DNA of 64,000 bases from Octopus sinensis (GCF_006345805.1 NC_042998.1:131936001-132000000); one strand, 5' to 3'. Shown: positions 26,090-39,044, counted from the stretch's first letter. The notes: a model not told the origin generated them from the letters alone. Numbers and translations are program-made.

Positions 26090-26260
26090 TTTCCTAATTA
26101 CACACAAAAGAAACATTGTATTTAACAAGTTCATATAAGTTGTTTGACGCTCAAGGAAGAAATAAAGGTTACAGAGTAAAAGTTATAACGTTTCGGTCAT
26201 AGTCCTTCCTCAAATACTGGAAGAAAGTCCGAGACTATGGAGGGAAGGAAAAGAAGGAGT
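26090..26260 (-). mobile_element. Penelope-like terminal fragment with degenerate minimal hammerhead (26182-26217)
   Basis: Minus strand gtat-TTGAGGA-A-GGAC tat GACC-GAAA-CG-TT-ataac; related to 1075-1225. Confidence 0.5.
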
Positions 26261-26291
26261 TATCTATCTAGCTACCTATTTATCTATTAAC

Positions 26292-26330
<39 letters not shown>

Positions 26331-26444
26331 CACATACATACATACATACATACATACATACATACATACATACATACATACATACATACATACCATGCAT
26401 GGATATGACTGCAGAAAGCACCGGGATGATGGTAGCATTGATAA

Positions 26445-26794
26445 CACTGGTCAACACATTTTTCTGACTTCGGTTTTGTGGTTGTTTTTGGTTAATTTTG
26501 AGATGCAGATTTCAAATATGGCATCCATTTTTTCCTAACAGATCAGGTTTTCACTCTAAAGCATAGCCCTATTTTATGAGGTACTGCATAAATAATTTAC
26601 TTGGTCAGGATAATTTACTAAGTCTTATAGCTTCAAACTGTAATTTATAATGTCAATAGAATATGAAATGTTAGTTAGCATCACCTTTCACTTGATACCT
26701 ACTGTCAATTTTCAAAACTCAGTAACCCCAAATTACCCCAAAGCAGGTCTCAAACTTAGGTCAGCAGAAAAAAGTTAGAATATGTTGGCCAGTG
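26445..26794. mobile_element. Chapaev3-like non-autonomous DNA transposon
   Basis: TIRs cactggtcaacacatt / aatatgttggccagtg, CAC...GTG termini, 3-bp TAA duplication on both sides. Confidence 0.75.
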
Positions 26795-26799
26795 TAATC

Positions 26800-27420
26800 A
26801 AAGCATTCTCTTAGGGACCAACAACCGGATTGCTAACTCTCACTTAGAAGGGTATGCGTTTGTAATCCAGGAACAGGAAATATCTGATGCACAAAAGGGA
26901 CACAGTCGAAAGAAAAGCATATAAATTTGGTAACCAATGCAGACTTTGTAGAGTTAATACCAAATATATCCCCCACATCATAAGCAGTTTGTCCCAAAGT
27001 CACATCGCGCTGTTATCTACCAATGAGACATGATTTCATAGCTAGGACCCTATATAATGAGGTCCGTCGGAAGGATGAACCTGAGGCCAAAGAAATAAGA
27101 ATCCATAGTATTGTAGATACCACAGCCACTCAAAATAAGAATAATACTAGTGGAATGTCCCAGTGAAAACTTCAATAAAATGTATGCATAACAGACCAAA
27201 CATAATGATTTGAGATGGAGAAGAGAAACTGTGTACATTTGTAGAAATCAGCTGCCCAGCGGATGTTAATATAAAGCTAAAAAAACAGAAAACACACCGA
27301 GCTATTGAGAAATCTACAATTACTTTACCCGGTTTACAACTCCAGGTTTATACTTGTAAATTATTGGAGCATTGGGATATGTAACACACTGCTTAAGTAC
27401 CAAACCTGAGAAATTAGGTT
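26800..27420 (+). mobile_element. R4/Dong-like non-LTR retrotransposon 3' fragment (CCHC knuckle plus RLE), decayed
   Basis: Plus-strand remnants VIQEQEI, CRLCRVNTKYIPHIISS, MRHDFIAR, HNRPNIMI*DGEEKLCTFVEISCPADVNI, IIGALG. Confidence 0.75.
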
Positions 27421-27777
27421 TTATATCGGAGTTATCCCAGTTACCCGAGTTACCTTCTCCTAGAAGGATACCTTAACAAAGGCTAGGAGTCCTTCACTCC
27501 CAATGGTTTAACCGTGCGATCGGGTATTCAGTCCGATTATTTCTATGTCCCCGCGCATGATACAGCCTTAAGACATTTATTTATTGGATGGCCATTGAGT
27601 CTCAAGAGTTCCTCCGCCCTTTGACGGGTTTTGTTTTTCATCCCGCAAGATGTCCGATAAACACCCTCCTCACCAAGCAAGCTTGGTGGGGTTGCCGGTT
27701 TAGTCGCCGACGACCCGACCATGCAACAGGTTGTACTGGGTTACATGTTACCAGTAGCACTCGAAAGTGACCTGACA
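27416..27777 (-). mobile_element. RTE-clade LINE 5' UTR fragment, hairpin-rich
   Basis: Minus strand ends ggtatccttctaggagaaggtaactc...taaaacct, resembling RTE 5' UTR motifs from memory; GC-rich with several stem-loops. Confidence 0.55.
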
Positions 27778-28264
27778 TACACATACATACATACATACAT
27801 ACATACATACATACATACATACATACATACATACATACATACATACATACATAAACTCAGGAACGATATTCACTGTCGCTATGTAGCTGTATAGTTTCTG
27901 TTAGGGCACCTTATTTGTGTCTTTTCTGCTGATATCCAAGATTAATTTTCTGCTTAGCGGTAGCCACTATTATCATTAGCAGTATTTTAGATTTTATGAC
28001 TCGTTTATACTTACGTTTCGAGCGTATTCTAAACTAGGTTTGTTGTTTGCTTTAATGGTGAAATCGAAACAAACAAACAAGCAAACAAAAAAATATATTT
28101 CTCTCTGAGACCCACTAATTTGAAAAGGTGTACTCAGGCGCATAATGATATGTACTTGTCACAATTATCATGTTAGCTGGCGTCAGCCCTTTCATATACT
28201 CTCATTGTTCCTATATCTCATACATATGCGTGTGTGTGTGTGTGTGTGTGTGTGTAGTTATAAC

Positions 28265-28771
28265 ATAAACATAAACGGTTAAGTTTTTAAATATAAATCA
28301 TAACCCATTTATGACCACGACCAGCAAAAATCAAGCAGATCCTCTCACGAGTGTCGAGCTGCTTTCGTCGTGTGCCAGACGACTGTGTGTTATTGATGAT
28401 ATTAAAGAATGTTGCACGGGAATAAATGTTTTACTAAACTCACTTGGGGAGTGTATATAGGCACTCACCTACCACGGAAAAGGTTTTCCCACTACTGTCT
28501 AATACACTCCAATATCATATGTTTATGAGGAAGAGCGGGCTCAAACATATGAACAGCAATTAGCTACGTTTAAAGCAACGTTTAACAATTTATGTTTAGA
28601 TATGCGCCATTTAATAAAACGGCTTGTATCAATCGCATTCAGGGTAATGGCGTTAGCGACTAAACCAAAACAAATCTGAAAACGGTGAAAGGTTTAGCAT
28701 TTGTAAACATATAAACGTGGAAGTTTCTGATCATTTTCTTAATAACTTTGACCGTGACCGTAAATGTTTAT
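28265..28771. mobile_element. Possible MITE-like element
   Basis: Imperfect 15-bp inverted ends ataaacataaacggt / accgtaaatgtttat. Confidence 0.3.
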
Positions 28772-29130
28772 ATGAGTGTGTCTTCGTGTGTATTATACAG
28801 ACACATATATAAATACATGCAAACATAAATATAATTTGAATGCATACACACACCTACATGCACATACCCACCATTCGAGGTATGCAGATACACCCTGACA
28901 TCATATATGTACATATGTATATATTTTTGCGTACATATATATATATATATCTTACAAGGTTTGGAGATGATGTACAGGTATTATGTATTAGAAGAAATAA
29001 GGTACTCAGAAATCTGGATGGTTTTATATTTACAGATTTTTATTAATGTCACATGTTTTTATAAATCATATATTAGCGCTTGCATCCAGGCGAATCCACT
29101 AAAGTTCATGCAAGCGCTAATATATGATTT

Positions 29131-29461
29131 TAGAAATCGTTTAAACCATTTTCGAATTGACCACGCAGTGGTCATTTTCTCGCCAAACGTTTAGTTGATA
29201 TCGCGAGCAGTTTCAGCTGCTTTACGTCCTTTTTTGAAGTTGAATAGCAAAATTGCTCGAATATCATGCATTGACTCCCATTTCAGATGATTGTAATAGC
29301 AGTGAGAAAAATATCAATATTAATTTATTGATGCCGTTGGGCAAGTGTATGTCTGTATTATTAGATAATTTCAAAAAAATGTTTTAAAAAATTCAAAACT
29401 CTGCAAAAATCCGATACACAGTTCTTCATGGTTCAAAATGTTTACTTTTTGCTCAACCTGA
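29131..29461 (-). mobile_element. Mariner 5' fragment (TIR plus transposase N-terminus)
   Basis: Minus strand TA-tcaggttgagcaaaaagtaa TIR and HDIRAILLFNFKKGRKAAETARDIN*TFG...IRKWFKRF, a mariner HTH. Confidence 0.85.
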
Positions 29462-29590
29462 TATATATAAAGAAACAATCATGTTACGAACTTCATAACT
29501 CTCTATTCCTTTGTCATTCCAATTTCTCACTGCCGAGGTGTACTTGACTCACGTTTCGTTATGAAGCATATATATATATATTATATATAT

Positions 29591-29649
29591 ATAGTCTAAC
29601 TACCAGATTATTACCATAGCAATGCCTAAACCACACACACACACATCGG

Positions 29650-29687
<38 letters not shown>

Positions 29688-29745
29688 AACTACCAGATTA
29701 TTACCATAGCAATGCCTAAACCACACACACACACATCGGAATTAT
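29591..29745. repeat. Short tandem duplication (90-bp period) bounded by (TA)n
   Basis: atagtctaactaccagattattaccatagcaatgcctaaacc occurs at 29591 and 29681. Confidence 0.9.
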
Positions 29746-29763
29746 ATATATATATATATATAT

Positions 29764-30568
29764 ATTAGTCAATTTAGGGTAGCAAAAAAATTCAATAGAA
29801 ATTTATCGCTACCAGCGGCCTGATGGAAAAGAGAAAATAGTCATCGACTAAATATATAAATATAACAATTTAGGAGTGACCCCAACAGGTCACTCGTCCA
29901 CCAGAAAGAGCAGCCATAACTCACACCGCCAAGTAGTAGTAATTCAGAAATTAGGTGAAAATTTAAAAAACATTTACCCTAATTCATCTTTTAGACGTTG
30001 CAACGTTTCTGTGTCATTAATGATTAAATTAGCTTAATTAAATTAAATTAAGCCAATCTACCATAGGTTACACTTCATCAGTAAAAGACCTGGGAGAGAC
30101 AAATATACACGAGGCGTCTGTATCGATGCCTACGGGATATCTGACTTAAAATTTTCAAGACTGACGTATTCGCGCCAAACTTATCAACAGTAAATATAAA
30201 CTGCCGATTCAATCTCAGAATTATTCAGAAAATTATCAATTAGTCAATTTAGGGTAGCAAAAAAATTCAATAGAAATTTATCGCTACCAGCGGCCTGATG
30301 GAAAAGAGAAAATAGTCATCGACTAAATATATAAATATAACAATTTAGGAGTGACCCCAACAGGTCACTCGTCCACCAGAAAGAGCAGCCATAACTCACA
30401 CCGCCAAGTAGTAGTAATTCAGAAATTAGGTGAAAATTTAAAAAACATTTATTAGGGTAAATGTTTTTTAAATTTTCACCTAATTTCTGAATTACTACTA
30501 CTTGGCGGTGTGAGTTATGGCTGCTCTTTCTGGTGGACGAGTGACCTGTTGGGGTCACTCCTAAATTG

Positions 30569-30574
<6 letters not shown>
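29764..30574 (-). mobile_element. Non-coding Penelope-like/retrozyme-like element: 475-bp unit, partial direct copy and inverted copy
   Basis: 29764-29976 is repeated at 30239-30451; 30451-30574 is the reverse complement of 29860-29983; (TA)n on both sides; contains a hammerhead. Confidence 0.85.
29987..30088 (-). ncRNA. Type I hammerhead ribozyme, canonical core, GUC site
   Basis: Minus strand TCTTTTA-CTGATGA-a-GTGT...long stem II...ACAC-a-GAAA-CGTTGCAACG-TC-TAAAAGA; perfect 7-bp stem I and palindromic stem III ACGTTGCAACGT. Confidence 0.9.
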
Positions 30575-30649
<75 letters not shown>

Positions 30650-31067
30650 CTGTCTTAGTATGCATGTATCTATTTAAATATGATGTGTGTATACGTGCAC
30701 ACCCATCCGCACGAATTCAAACACTTCCCATGTCATCATCACATGTATGGGGGTGAAATAAAGGCAGGAAATGGATGGTTTCTTTTGAATGCCGTCAGTG
30801 TCTCCAGACGAGGAAAGCGCCCGAGTGACGGGAGAGAAAGGCTCCAAATTCTTTCAGATATTGTCATACGTTGAATATAAGCTGTTATTATTAAAACATA
30901 TATTTGCAGATTCACAGATTACACAACAGTGATAAAGCAACAACATGTAACAATATAATGCATATTTTAGATACAAAAATACATAAACAAGCATTGCTGA
31001 ATAAAAAACACAGCTATTTTACATATGAATAAATAGCTTAGGAGCTAGTGAGTTTATGAATGTAAAC

Positions 31068-31487
31068 AGGCGTAGGAGTGGCTGTGTGGTAAGTAGATTG
31101 CTTACGAAACACATGGTTCTGGGTTCAGTCCCACTGCGTGGCACCTTGGGCAAGTGTCTTCTACTATAGCCTCGGGCCGACCAAAGCCTTGTGAATGGAT
31201 TTGGTAGACGGAAACTGAAAGAAGCCCGTCGTATATATGTATATATATGTGTATGTGTGTGTATATGTTTGTGTGTCTGTGTGTTTGTGTGTCTGTGTTT
31301 GTTCACCCAACATCTTTGACAACCGATGGTGGTGTGTTTACGTCCCTGTAACTTAGCGGTTCGGCAAAAAGAGACCGATAGAATAAGTACTAGGCTTACA
31401 AAGAAGAGGTCGATTTGCTCGACTAAAGGCGGTGCTCCAGCATGACCGCAATCAAATGATTGAAACAAGTAAAAGAATAAAAGAATA
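31068..31487 (+). mobile_element. tRNA-derived SINE family C, full length
   Basis: aggcgtaggagtggctgtgtggtaag...gggttcagtccc head, internal (TA/TG)n, tail gaaacaagtaaaagaataaaagaata. Confidence 0.95.
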
Positions 31488-31559
31488 CACGCACACACAC
31501 AAACACAACTGCCTTGGAGATCAGAAGTTGATTCCATTTAGTTCATTTATGTTCTAAAT

Positions 31560-32100
31560 GGACATCACAAACCTATTTTTGGTCAAAAGTCCAAAAAGAA
31601 GCCGACAACAAGATCATGAGAAATGAAATGCATTTGGACGAAGGATTCTTCTTTGCTGTTTGCATTTTTCTGTTCATATCTGTTGCCTATTTATTTCCTG
31701 TTTCCTGTCCCTTACATAGAAATCACACCCGACGTAACTTTATCTGATGATCAGTTATATCAACATTCCAGATTTGTATCAACGTTCCTCAATGAAACAT
31801 CAGTACTGATCTTCTTTCACGTTTGGTTTAGTTGATCCTTATATCACCACTTTGCAGCTCCTTTTCAACCTGTCCTATTTACAATTCTCTGACTATAAAC
31901 AAGCTGAACAGTGGATATCCGACAATTTTTGACCGTTGCAAACCCAGCGTAGTTAGTGATGTAAGACTTCCACCTCAATACTTTTTGTTGAATCTGCTCT
32001 GATCAAGAAATTCTTTATTCATAGCATAGTCTTTTGTTGGCATATACGCAAGCTGATTCTCTGCTTTGTCAGATGGAAGTGTTCCAAGTTTTTTATGTCA
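31560..32100 (-). mobile_element. Highly decayed RLE-type non-LTR retrotransposon remnant
   Basis: Weak minus-strand traces (ITDHQIKLRR, NANSKEE) in the order expected for an R4-like C-terminus. Confidence 0.3.
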
Positions 32101-32306
32101 TTTCGGTAAAGAGTTCAGGTTTTATAATACATACGTACCAGCGAGTCGTGGAAACAACCGCTTAGCAAGCCATCAACTTAGTGCATAACGAAATCAAAAC
32201 ACATACACGCCAATATATGCATGTGTACAAACAAACTCAGATGCGAATTCATTTAACAGACGCTCCAAAACTTTAGAGCAAACACACATGCCTTGCTTAC
32301 ACACAC

Positions 32307-32413
<107 letters not shown>

Positions 32414-32441
32414 CACACAGACAGACAGGCAGGCAGGCAGG

Positions 32442-32480
<39 letters not shown>

Positions 32481-32522
32481 GCAGGCAGGCAGACAGACAG
32501 ACAGGCAAGCAGGCGGGCAGGC

Positions 32523-32599
<77 letters not shown>

Positions 32600-33054
32600 T
32601 GCTGAATGTATATGTAACATATACACAGAAATATACATACAGAAGATATACGTACAGCTACATTCTTTTCCTTCGAGAGGGCTTTTCGTCACGTCATGTT
32701 GTATCAGAGTCTTTGATGTAACTGTCGATAACAAACTAAGCCGGAGTGCACATATCACCAATAAAATGAACAGGTTCCATGCAGTTTTCTCTTACATCAG
32801 TGGGACTTTTCCGTCTAAAGAGATCCTGATGTCAACGTCCTTCGCTTCTCAACGGTTCCGCAGTCTCTGTCTACTGCTGTCGACTGTGGATTTGCTATTT
32901 TTTTAAAATGCTTAAAGATGAAGCCCCCAGTGGTAAAGAAAAAAATAGCATGACAAGCTTTGATTATTGGAAAAAGGTAACCCAATATATGATTTAAAAG
33001 ACTTCATTAGATGATTATCAACTTAAACATGGTCGGTGACGTTCAGGGCCAAAA

Positions 33055-33165
<111 letters not shown>

Positions 33166-33857
33166 ACACATAAGAGCGAGAAGTGAAAGAGGAAGGTAAA
33201 GTCTACCCTCGGATATGTAGGCTACAATAGGATTTGAACTCGCAATGCAATGAGCCGGAAGAAATACGCTCTAATGACTCCACCGATTCGTTCACACGCA
33301 CTCACACCACATACACACACACACACACTTACACACACGCGCGCGCGCACGCACACTGAAAAATATATAAATATACATGCAGGATGAAATTTTGAGGTTA
33401 ATCCGTATGTAAGAACTTGAAAAAAATTATCCAGAATATGGATTAATCTTATCGGTTATTACAAGCGGGATACCTCTCGTATCTAAGAAATATATTAAAT
33501 TTAATGAAACGGTCGACTCAGTCAGTAACAGATTAGAGGGGGACAGATATGCATACACGTTCACACACGTAAACATTCGAGTGTGTATTTTACGTGTATT
33601 AGAATTTCATATTTGAACGTATATGTGTATCACTGTGTGTATGTGTATGTGTGTGTGTGCGTGTGCGCGTGCGTGTGTGTGTGTGTGTGTGTGTGAGTAT
33701 GTATGTGTGTGTGCGTGAGTTTGTGTATGTGTGTGATTGTGTGTGATTGTGTGTATGTGCGAGTGTGCTTATATGTTTGCATGCGTTTTATCTCCTATTT
33801 TGCCAATATTCCAAAAAGTTTACGCTTGCTTTTGATCGCGGCCATTTTAACGAGATT

Positions 33858-33874
33858 TATTATTATTATTATTA

Positions 33875-33910
<36 letters not shown>

Positions 33911-33959
33911 CATCATCATCATCATCATCATCTTCGTTGTTATTATGATTATTGCTATT

Positions 33960-34006
<47 letters not shown>

Positions 34007-34220
34007 TATTTTAATTCTTGATATTTCTATTTTCGTTTACGTTGTTTGTTCCTCTTTTTATGTCAAGCCATGTTTTGTTACTATTTTTATTGTTTTTGGT
34101 ACTGTGTTTTTTTTATTTATTTGTTTTGTTTCCATTTTTTGCTTCTTTTGTTGTTGTTGTTGTTGTTGTTATTGTTGTTGTTGTTGTTTTTCCATTTTTC
34201 GCTTCTTTTGTTGTTTTATT

Positions 34221-34252
<32 letters not shown>
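33858..34252. repeat. Triplet microsatellite cluster (TAT, CAT, GTA, TTG)
   Basis: Direct reading; produces the 183-aa and 272-aa low-complexity ORFs. Confidence 0.9.
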
Positions 34253-34697
34253 ATTTCTATTTCTGGTAAACATTTTGATTCCAACTCAAAACTTGTGATA
34301 GCATTTGCTATCACATCATTTCCTGACTGTTATCTTCATTCTCATCACAATCTATTCTTAGTATTTAGACAAACTGCTAAACAGGAACTCTTTGATTTTT
34401 CGAAAATTGAAGCCAAAATAAAAATAAAAAGAATACTTTTTTTTTTTCATAAAAATCTTTTTTTTTTTAAATTCTATAAATATTTTGTTTCTTCTAATAA
34501 CTGGTATTCCAAAATGTCGATCAGACAGCCACACATTTTGAGGCGAATATATATCTTCATACAGAATCGTTGGTTTCTTTTTTTTTACTTTTCTCCTTTT
34601 TATTTCTTTGGAACACAAATACATATGCTAACATATACACACACATACACATTTATATACACACACACACACATATATATATACATATACATACACG

Positions 34698-34734
<37 letters not shown>

Positions 34735-34777
34735 ATATATCTGCATATATATACATATGTATGTATGTTTATGTATG

Positions 34778-34839
<62 letters not shown>

Positions 34840-35519
34840 ATATTCTTGGCCTTCAAGAAGTTAACTCTCTCTGGAATTACTGACTATCTTTCTGGTAGAG
34901 AGGAATAGGTGATAGAAGTGTTTAAAATAAGCAAGTTTTGCTTTCGTCCAGAATTAATACAAACTTTTCGAAATTACGTAGTTTGTAAATTTGGAATTTG
35001 GCAGCTTTTGTAACAAACTTGTCCTGCATTAAAATAGTTTCTGATTAAGCAACCAGCTTCATCTTTAAAATGAGATTTAAACAGAAGAAAACTCCAAGTG
35101 ATGATCTTTGGTAAATGTTACGTTTTGTTGAACTACCATACATAGAAATAAATATACGCATATTTATGTATGTAAACGCAGATACATATATATGTGTGTG
35201 TGCGTGTGCGCGTGCGTGCGTGCGCACGTGTGTGTGTATGCGCGCGCGGTGAAAAGACAGTTCAAGATAACGATTTCCTGCGATCTCATCTGGCGAACTA
35301 TCAAAATCTATTTTGGCAATTCGCAAGATGAAACTGCAGTTAATCGTAATCTCAAACTGTCTCTACGATTTCATTTAAGTTATATACATTTGTGCTCATA
35401 CAGCGTGTGGAAACGAAATTCTTTTAATTAAAATTTATCTAAAAACAATCTTTAGGAAAAGAGATTGTGGTAGACCTGAAAAGAAAATGTGAAGAAAACT
35501 TCGGAAGAGAAATTATAAT

Positions 35520-36393
35520 TATTTTTGATTTAGGCACAAGGCTTGCAGTTTTGTCGGAGAGAGACACAGTCGATGCCATTGACTTCTGTACTTGCCTAGT
35601 ATTTTATTTTGTCGTCATTGTGGAGGGAAAAAAGTCAGAGTTAATTCTGGCAGCATTTAAACCCAAAGCTTAAAAAGCCGGAATGAATACAAGGCATTTT
35701 TTGTAATAAAGTTCAAATGTTTCTACCAATCTTCCACCTCTTTTGTTTCTACTTTAGATTAATTTAATTTTTTTCCAAATTTCTCTAATTTGAGAAAGCA
35801 GTGTGTCGTTTAAATCGGTGCCAGTTCTTGACTGATTGCTTATTTTATCGCCCCAGAGTGATGAAAGATAAATTTCACCTTGGTGGAATTTGAACTCAGA
35901 ATGTGAAAGCCCGGATCAAACACTATAAAATAATTTTGTACGACGCTCAAACGGTTCTGTTGATCCACCACCCAAAACAGAATTAATATCGGTAAACAGT
36001 AATGGAATTCTCGTTAAGAAAATTACTGCAATCGAAACCTAATATTGAATTTTGGAACATCGGCAAGATATAAGCAAATAGCACGTATAAAAACACACGT
36101 CAATATCCTTCACTTTGTCCATCAGGATTGTATCAATCTCTGAGGCGAATTAACTATTTATATCAATGGTACCTAATGTGGCTTTCAAGTTTTTGCACAA
36201 GGCCAGAAATTTCGGAGAATGGATAAGTCGATTAGATTGACCCCAGTACTCAACTAGTACTTATTTTATCGACGTTGAAAAGACGAACGGCACAGTCGAC
36301 CTCGGATGAATTTTAACTCAGAACGTAAAGACGGACAAAATGCCGCTAAGCAGTTTGCTCAGCGTCTTAACGATTCTGCCAGCTGGCCGCCTT
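35520..36393 (-). mobile_element. Three SINE family A copies (about 35520-35740, 35800-35972, 36190-36393)
   Basis: Minus-strand family A motifs (ggcacaagg...gtcgat...ttttatcg...gaatttgaactcagaa). Confidence 0.75.
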
Positions 36394-36687
36394 AACATAT
36401 ATCAATAATATTCATAATTATAAGAATGATTGAATCAGTTCAACTGCAGTAGTCAGTTACGTTCTTTAATGTTCTAAGTTCACATTTCTGGAATCAATTT
36501 AAACGCATTCATTCTTTAAAAATAAACAAAAATGTAGTTTAGCATCAACAAGATTAGTGTCTATAATATGGAACCAACAAACGAGCCTCAAGGCAATCAT
36601 TCGATCGATTAAAAGTAGAAGCAAATTCTCTGTCAAAACACACAGTCGTCATGAAAAGGGAAGAACACTGTGGATATTTCTATTTTT

Positions 36688-36984
36688 AAAGGCGGCGAGC
36701 TGGCAGAAACGTTAGCACGCCGGACGAAATGCTTAGCGGTATTTCGTCTGTAGCTACGTTCAAATTCCATCGAGGTCGACTTTGCCTTTCTTCTTTTCGG
36801 GGTCGATAAATTAAGTACCAGTTGCGTATTTGTGTCGATCAAATCGACTGGCCCCCTCCTCCAAAATTTCGGGCCTTGTGCTTAGAGTAGAAAAGAATAT
36901 TCTTATTCTTATTCTTCGGATACTTACAACTAACTATACTACGTGTAGTAGTAGTAGTAGTATTAGTAGTAGTAGTAGTTGTAG

Positions 36985-37016
<32 letters not shown>

Positions 37017-37655
37017 ATTGCTGCTGCTACTGCTGCTGCTGTAGCATTCAAGTCGTAAGATTGGCAGAATCGCTAGAGCATCAAACACAATGCAATATTA
37101 TTTTCTAGATCCTTAACGTTGAAAATTCAAATCTCACCGAGAGTAATTTTGCGTTTCATCCATCAGATAGAATAAAGTAGCAGTCAAATACTATGGCCGA
37201 TATAACCGACTATATTCCTGCCCTGAGCTTGTGGCCCTTAGCATTTGGCATCAATCAACGTTACTTGTTTCTTTAAGGTAGCAGAATCTTTAGAGCGCCT
37301 GGCAAACTTCTTAGCCGCATTTCATTCCTCTTTACGTTGAGTTCAAATGCAGTCGTGCTCGACTTTGCCTTTCATCCTTTCGGGGTCGATAAAATAAGTA
37401 TCAGTTATGCACTGGGATCGGTGTCAACAACTTTCTCCCTCCACGAAATTGCTGGCCTCGTGTCAAATTTAAAATCAATATTAATTGTTTTTTTGTAAGG
37501 TGGCGAGCTGGCAGGAACGTTAACAGAATTGTCGACTTTGCTTTTCATCCTTTCGGTATCAATAAAATATGTACCAGTTGAACAGTGGGGTCAATGTAAT
37601 CGACTTCTGCCCTCCCCAAGATTGCTGGCCTTGAGCCTAAATTTGAAATCAATAT
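36688..37655 (+). mobile_element. Cluster of four SINE family A copies (about 36688-36905, 37050-37240, 37275-37480, 37497-37655)
   Basis: Repeated plus-strand heads ggcggcgagctggcagaa and bodies gtcgactttgcctttcatcctttcggggtcgataaa. Confidence 0.85.
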
Positions 37656-37743
37656 GACTTCTTTCTTTACATCACCATCATCATGGTCGCAATCGCCATT
37701 GTCTTCTTCACTAACATTTTATAGTCACCTCTACAATACCACA

Positions 37744-37828
37744 TACTAACAGTCTTCTATTTTTCCTCTACAGAAACGGCAGCCATATTGGTATAAGATG
37801 AGATGTTTAATTTAAACTTACGGTAGGT
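37744..37828 (+). other. Candidate exon with strong 3' splice site (exon start 37774)
   Basis: TACTAAC branch point (37744-37750), pyrimidine tract, CAG at 37771-37773; possible donors GTATAA (37791) and GTAGGT (37823). Confidence 0.4.
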
Positions 37829-38415
37829 GATTTTTATTTTTTTCTTCTTTTGTATAATATTTCAGTTGTCTGCTTCCTGGACTTTTTAAACTATATCGTT
37901 CGTGCTTATCACCAATGACAATACAAATATTACCTATTGTTCTTACATTTTCTGCAATGTTATTTTTCTATCGTACTTTCTTTCACAGCCCTGTGTATAG
38001 CAGTATTTTGTGATTTTGTGTTTTCCATAAATAATCTCTAACCCAGTGACGTTATTTTGTGTATTTTGTGTATTTTGTGTATTTTGTGCATGTGTGCGTG
38101 CAAGTCCTCGTGATTTGGTTTCACCCATCCATTTGTTTGCATTTATTTGTTGTTGTTTTTCTTCTATTTGTTTTTGCTTTGTTTTATTTTTCTCAGATGC
38201 TGTAATGCTCTTACAATGAGAATTGTTTGTTTTAAATCCTGAACTTCTGTATGATTCTATTTTCGGGTTTTGTGCATATGTATGTATGCTTACCATCATA
38301 CACTTTTATTTCAAGATTTCTTGCCAATAGAAAGGTATTTTTGTATGTATGTATGTATGTATGTATGTATGTATGTATGTATGTATGTATGCATGCATGC
38401 ATGTATGTATCTATG

Positions 38416-38446
<31 letters not shown>

Positions 38447-39044
38447 TTACTGAAGAGATATTCAACTCTGATTAAGAAACAGTATTTATAATATATTCAT
38501 ATCTACTACACACTAGCGAATTTGTATAAATCCACCGTCCGTGACCGAATATTTTAGAAGAGATAACGCTTAGAAGGTAATTAAAATTAATTAAAGCTTA
38601 AGTTTCTCCTCACCATTTAGCAAAGCAAAAATCATAAACCTCATGTCTATTTTGTTCATCGAACCTTGAAATCTGTAACTTCAAATCTTACAGCTGGTTT
38701 GTGTGAGCTAAATTTCAATTAACGTTTGCTATGACTATATTAATACAGGGAAGCAATATCAGTCAGAAACTTCAGTCAATGAAGGCGCCTTACATCACAC
38801 AAAATATTAAAACAGGGTGAACTTCTGAAATAGCAGTTCAGTAGCAGTCGATCTTATCAAACTTAACTTATCAAGTTTATTCAGTTAAATTTTGCTTGTC
38901 GAAAGCTGAACACATTTTTCTACATCCTTCATCAGTTGTTTCCAACCAGTTTTTGCCTATGGATCTTTTTGATTCCTGTTTTACTCTACAGAACCTTCAT
39001 GGTCATTTGATGTATATATATATAAATATTTTTTAATCCTGCAT

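Noticed and set aside
28351-28384. Minus-strand GTCGT/ACGAC-GAAA-GCAGC-TC resembling a hammerhead 3' half
   Set aside because: No CUGANGA-like core or stem I partner upstream; likely coincidence.
30452-30457. TTAGGG forming the loop of the palindrome (telomere repeat unit)
   Set aside because: A single unit, fully explained as the reverse complement of ccctaa at 29977-29982.
35070-35116. Possible first coding exon MRFKQKKTPSDDL with GTAAAT donor
   Set aside because: Weak donor, no recognisable homology, and joining it to the candidate acceptors at 37774 or 40959 creates an immediate TGA.
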